DNA of 64,000 nucleotides from contig CAVWLP010000002.1 of NCBI GenBank assembly GCA_963755915.1, positions 4,000,001-4,064,000 of the forward strand, in the 5' to 3' direction. Under the pieces are notes generated by a model. It saw nothing but the letters and a program-made list of their open reading frames with translations, did no database searches and was not told the origin of the DNA. Source of the stretch: an uncultured Phycisphaerales bacterium. Lineage in GTDB: Bacteria > Planctomycetota > Phycisphaerae > Tepidisphaerales > Tepidisphaeraceae. The position numbers and the translations under genes are program-made. Positions 63,122 through 64,000 of this stretch are shown here, in pieces (position 1 is the stretch's first letter; each line of letters begins with the position of its first letter).

Positions 63122-64000
63122 TCAGTTTTGGCGGGGAAGCCAGACGGTCATTTCCGATTCGCCTCGATTGTCCCAGGCGAAATAGGGGATCAGTTGAAGG
63201 TCGATTTTGCGGAAGTGATGCACAGCCGCATCGCGATAGAGCTCATCAAACCAGGGGTCGCGAGGGATGAGCGTGGCGCGGCCTTTCAGGACGGTGATTC
63301 CCGGGAGCTGGGGGTCGGTTGCCGGGACCAGATCGGCATCGGAACCGAGATGCACGTCCAGCATCCCGGCGTCGGGCGGGAGATCGATCGATTCGAGGCA
63401 ATAAACGATCGGCCCGCGCACGACGGCAAGCTGGTTGCGGGTTTCCTCGATGTAGGGATGCGATTCGACCAGGCGCACCGGCATCGGAAGATTCAACTCA
63501 ACGACGTCGTCCGTTGACCATTTGCGATTAAGGGGATGAAATGTGCCGGGGCGGATTGAATCATTGACGCGTATGCCGTTGACTGTGATGGTCGCGTTGT
63601 TTGCCCACGCGGGAATGCGAAGGTTAAGCGTAAATGATTCGGCGGGCGCGGTTTCGAACGTGAAGCGGATGCCGCCGTCCCAGGGATAGTCTGTTTGCTG
63701 CCGCAGCTTCAGCGCACCGCCTGCCAATTTAGTTTCGATGGTATTTCCACCATAGAGCGTAACCCACAGTTCGCGATCGGATTTCAGATAGGCGTAATTT
63801 GCCGACTGCGCGACGGTGCGGACGACGTTGGGCGGGCAGCAGAAGCAGGGGGGAAATTTCACACGCCGGCGATCCCAGCGGAGGTCGACCGGCATCGGGC
63901 TGAGCTGCCGAAGGGTGTTGGTATAGAAAAACTTCGTGCCGTCGAGGCTGACGCCGGCCAGGACGCTGTTGAAGAGGGTTTGTTCGACGAGGTCGGCGAA
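63122..64000 (-). CDS. GH127 family glycosidase (beta-L-arabinofuranosidase / aceric acid hydrolase); partial, 5' end outside window
   Basis: LFNSVLAG..FFYTNTL, CFCCPPN, TDYPWDG, RGPIVYCLE, IPYFAWDNRG. Confidence 0.88.
   Translation of the reverse strand, partial: FADLVEQTLFNSVLAGVSLDGTKFFYTNTLRQLSPMPVDLRWDRRRVKFPPCFCCPPNVVRTVAQSANYAYLKSDRELWVTLYGGNTIETKLAGGALKLRQQTDYPWDGGIRFTFETAPAESFTLNLRIPAWANNATITVNGIRVNDSIRPGTFHPLNRKWSTDDVVELNLPMPVRLVESHPYIEETRNQLAVVRGPIVYCLESIDLPPDAGMLDVHLGSDADLVPATDPQLPGITVLKGRATLIPRDPWFDELYRDAAVHHFRKIDLQLIPYFAWDNRGESEMTVWLPRQN

Overview
High-GC bacterial DNA, most likely a planctomycete of class Phycisphaerae. This is inferred from PEP-CTERM proteins with dockerin-like C-termini, DUF1559 prepilin-like proteins and an XylR-type regulator. 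About 16 genes are split by single-base frameshifts, which look like long-read assembly errors. Contents in order: GH30, pilT/pilM, hemW, tRNA-His; an acid-sugar catabolic cluster with a MocD-like desaturase-Rieske-NqrF-like reductase fusion; two PEP-CTERM surface proteins; two divergent DUF1559 paralogs; a six-gene uncharacterised membrane operon (giant pseudo-M28/PA/FtsX protein, OPT-like transporter, hypothetical, PqqD/RRE-like protein, small FtsX permease, ABC ATPase); a DHDPS-family aldolase/PdxA2/DUF1537-kinase operon; and glycosidases resembling the Bacteroides rhamnogalacturonan-II (RG-II) enzymes (GH137, GH143, GH95, GH127, GH33-like, GH2) with SSS and DUF6785 transporters but no SusC/D. 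Several families of tiny palindromic repeats are present. They are nested inside one another, three deep at 32538-32616, and one composite sits in-frame within a CDS. Family calls come from motif recognition only; no searches were run.
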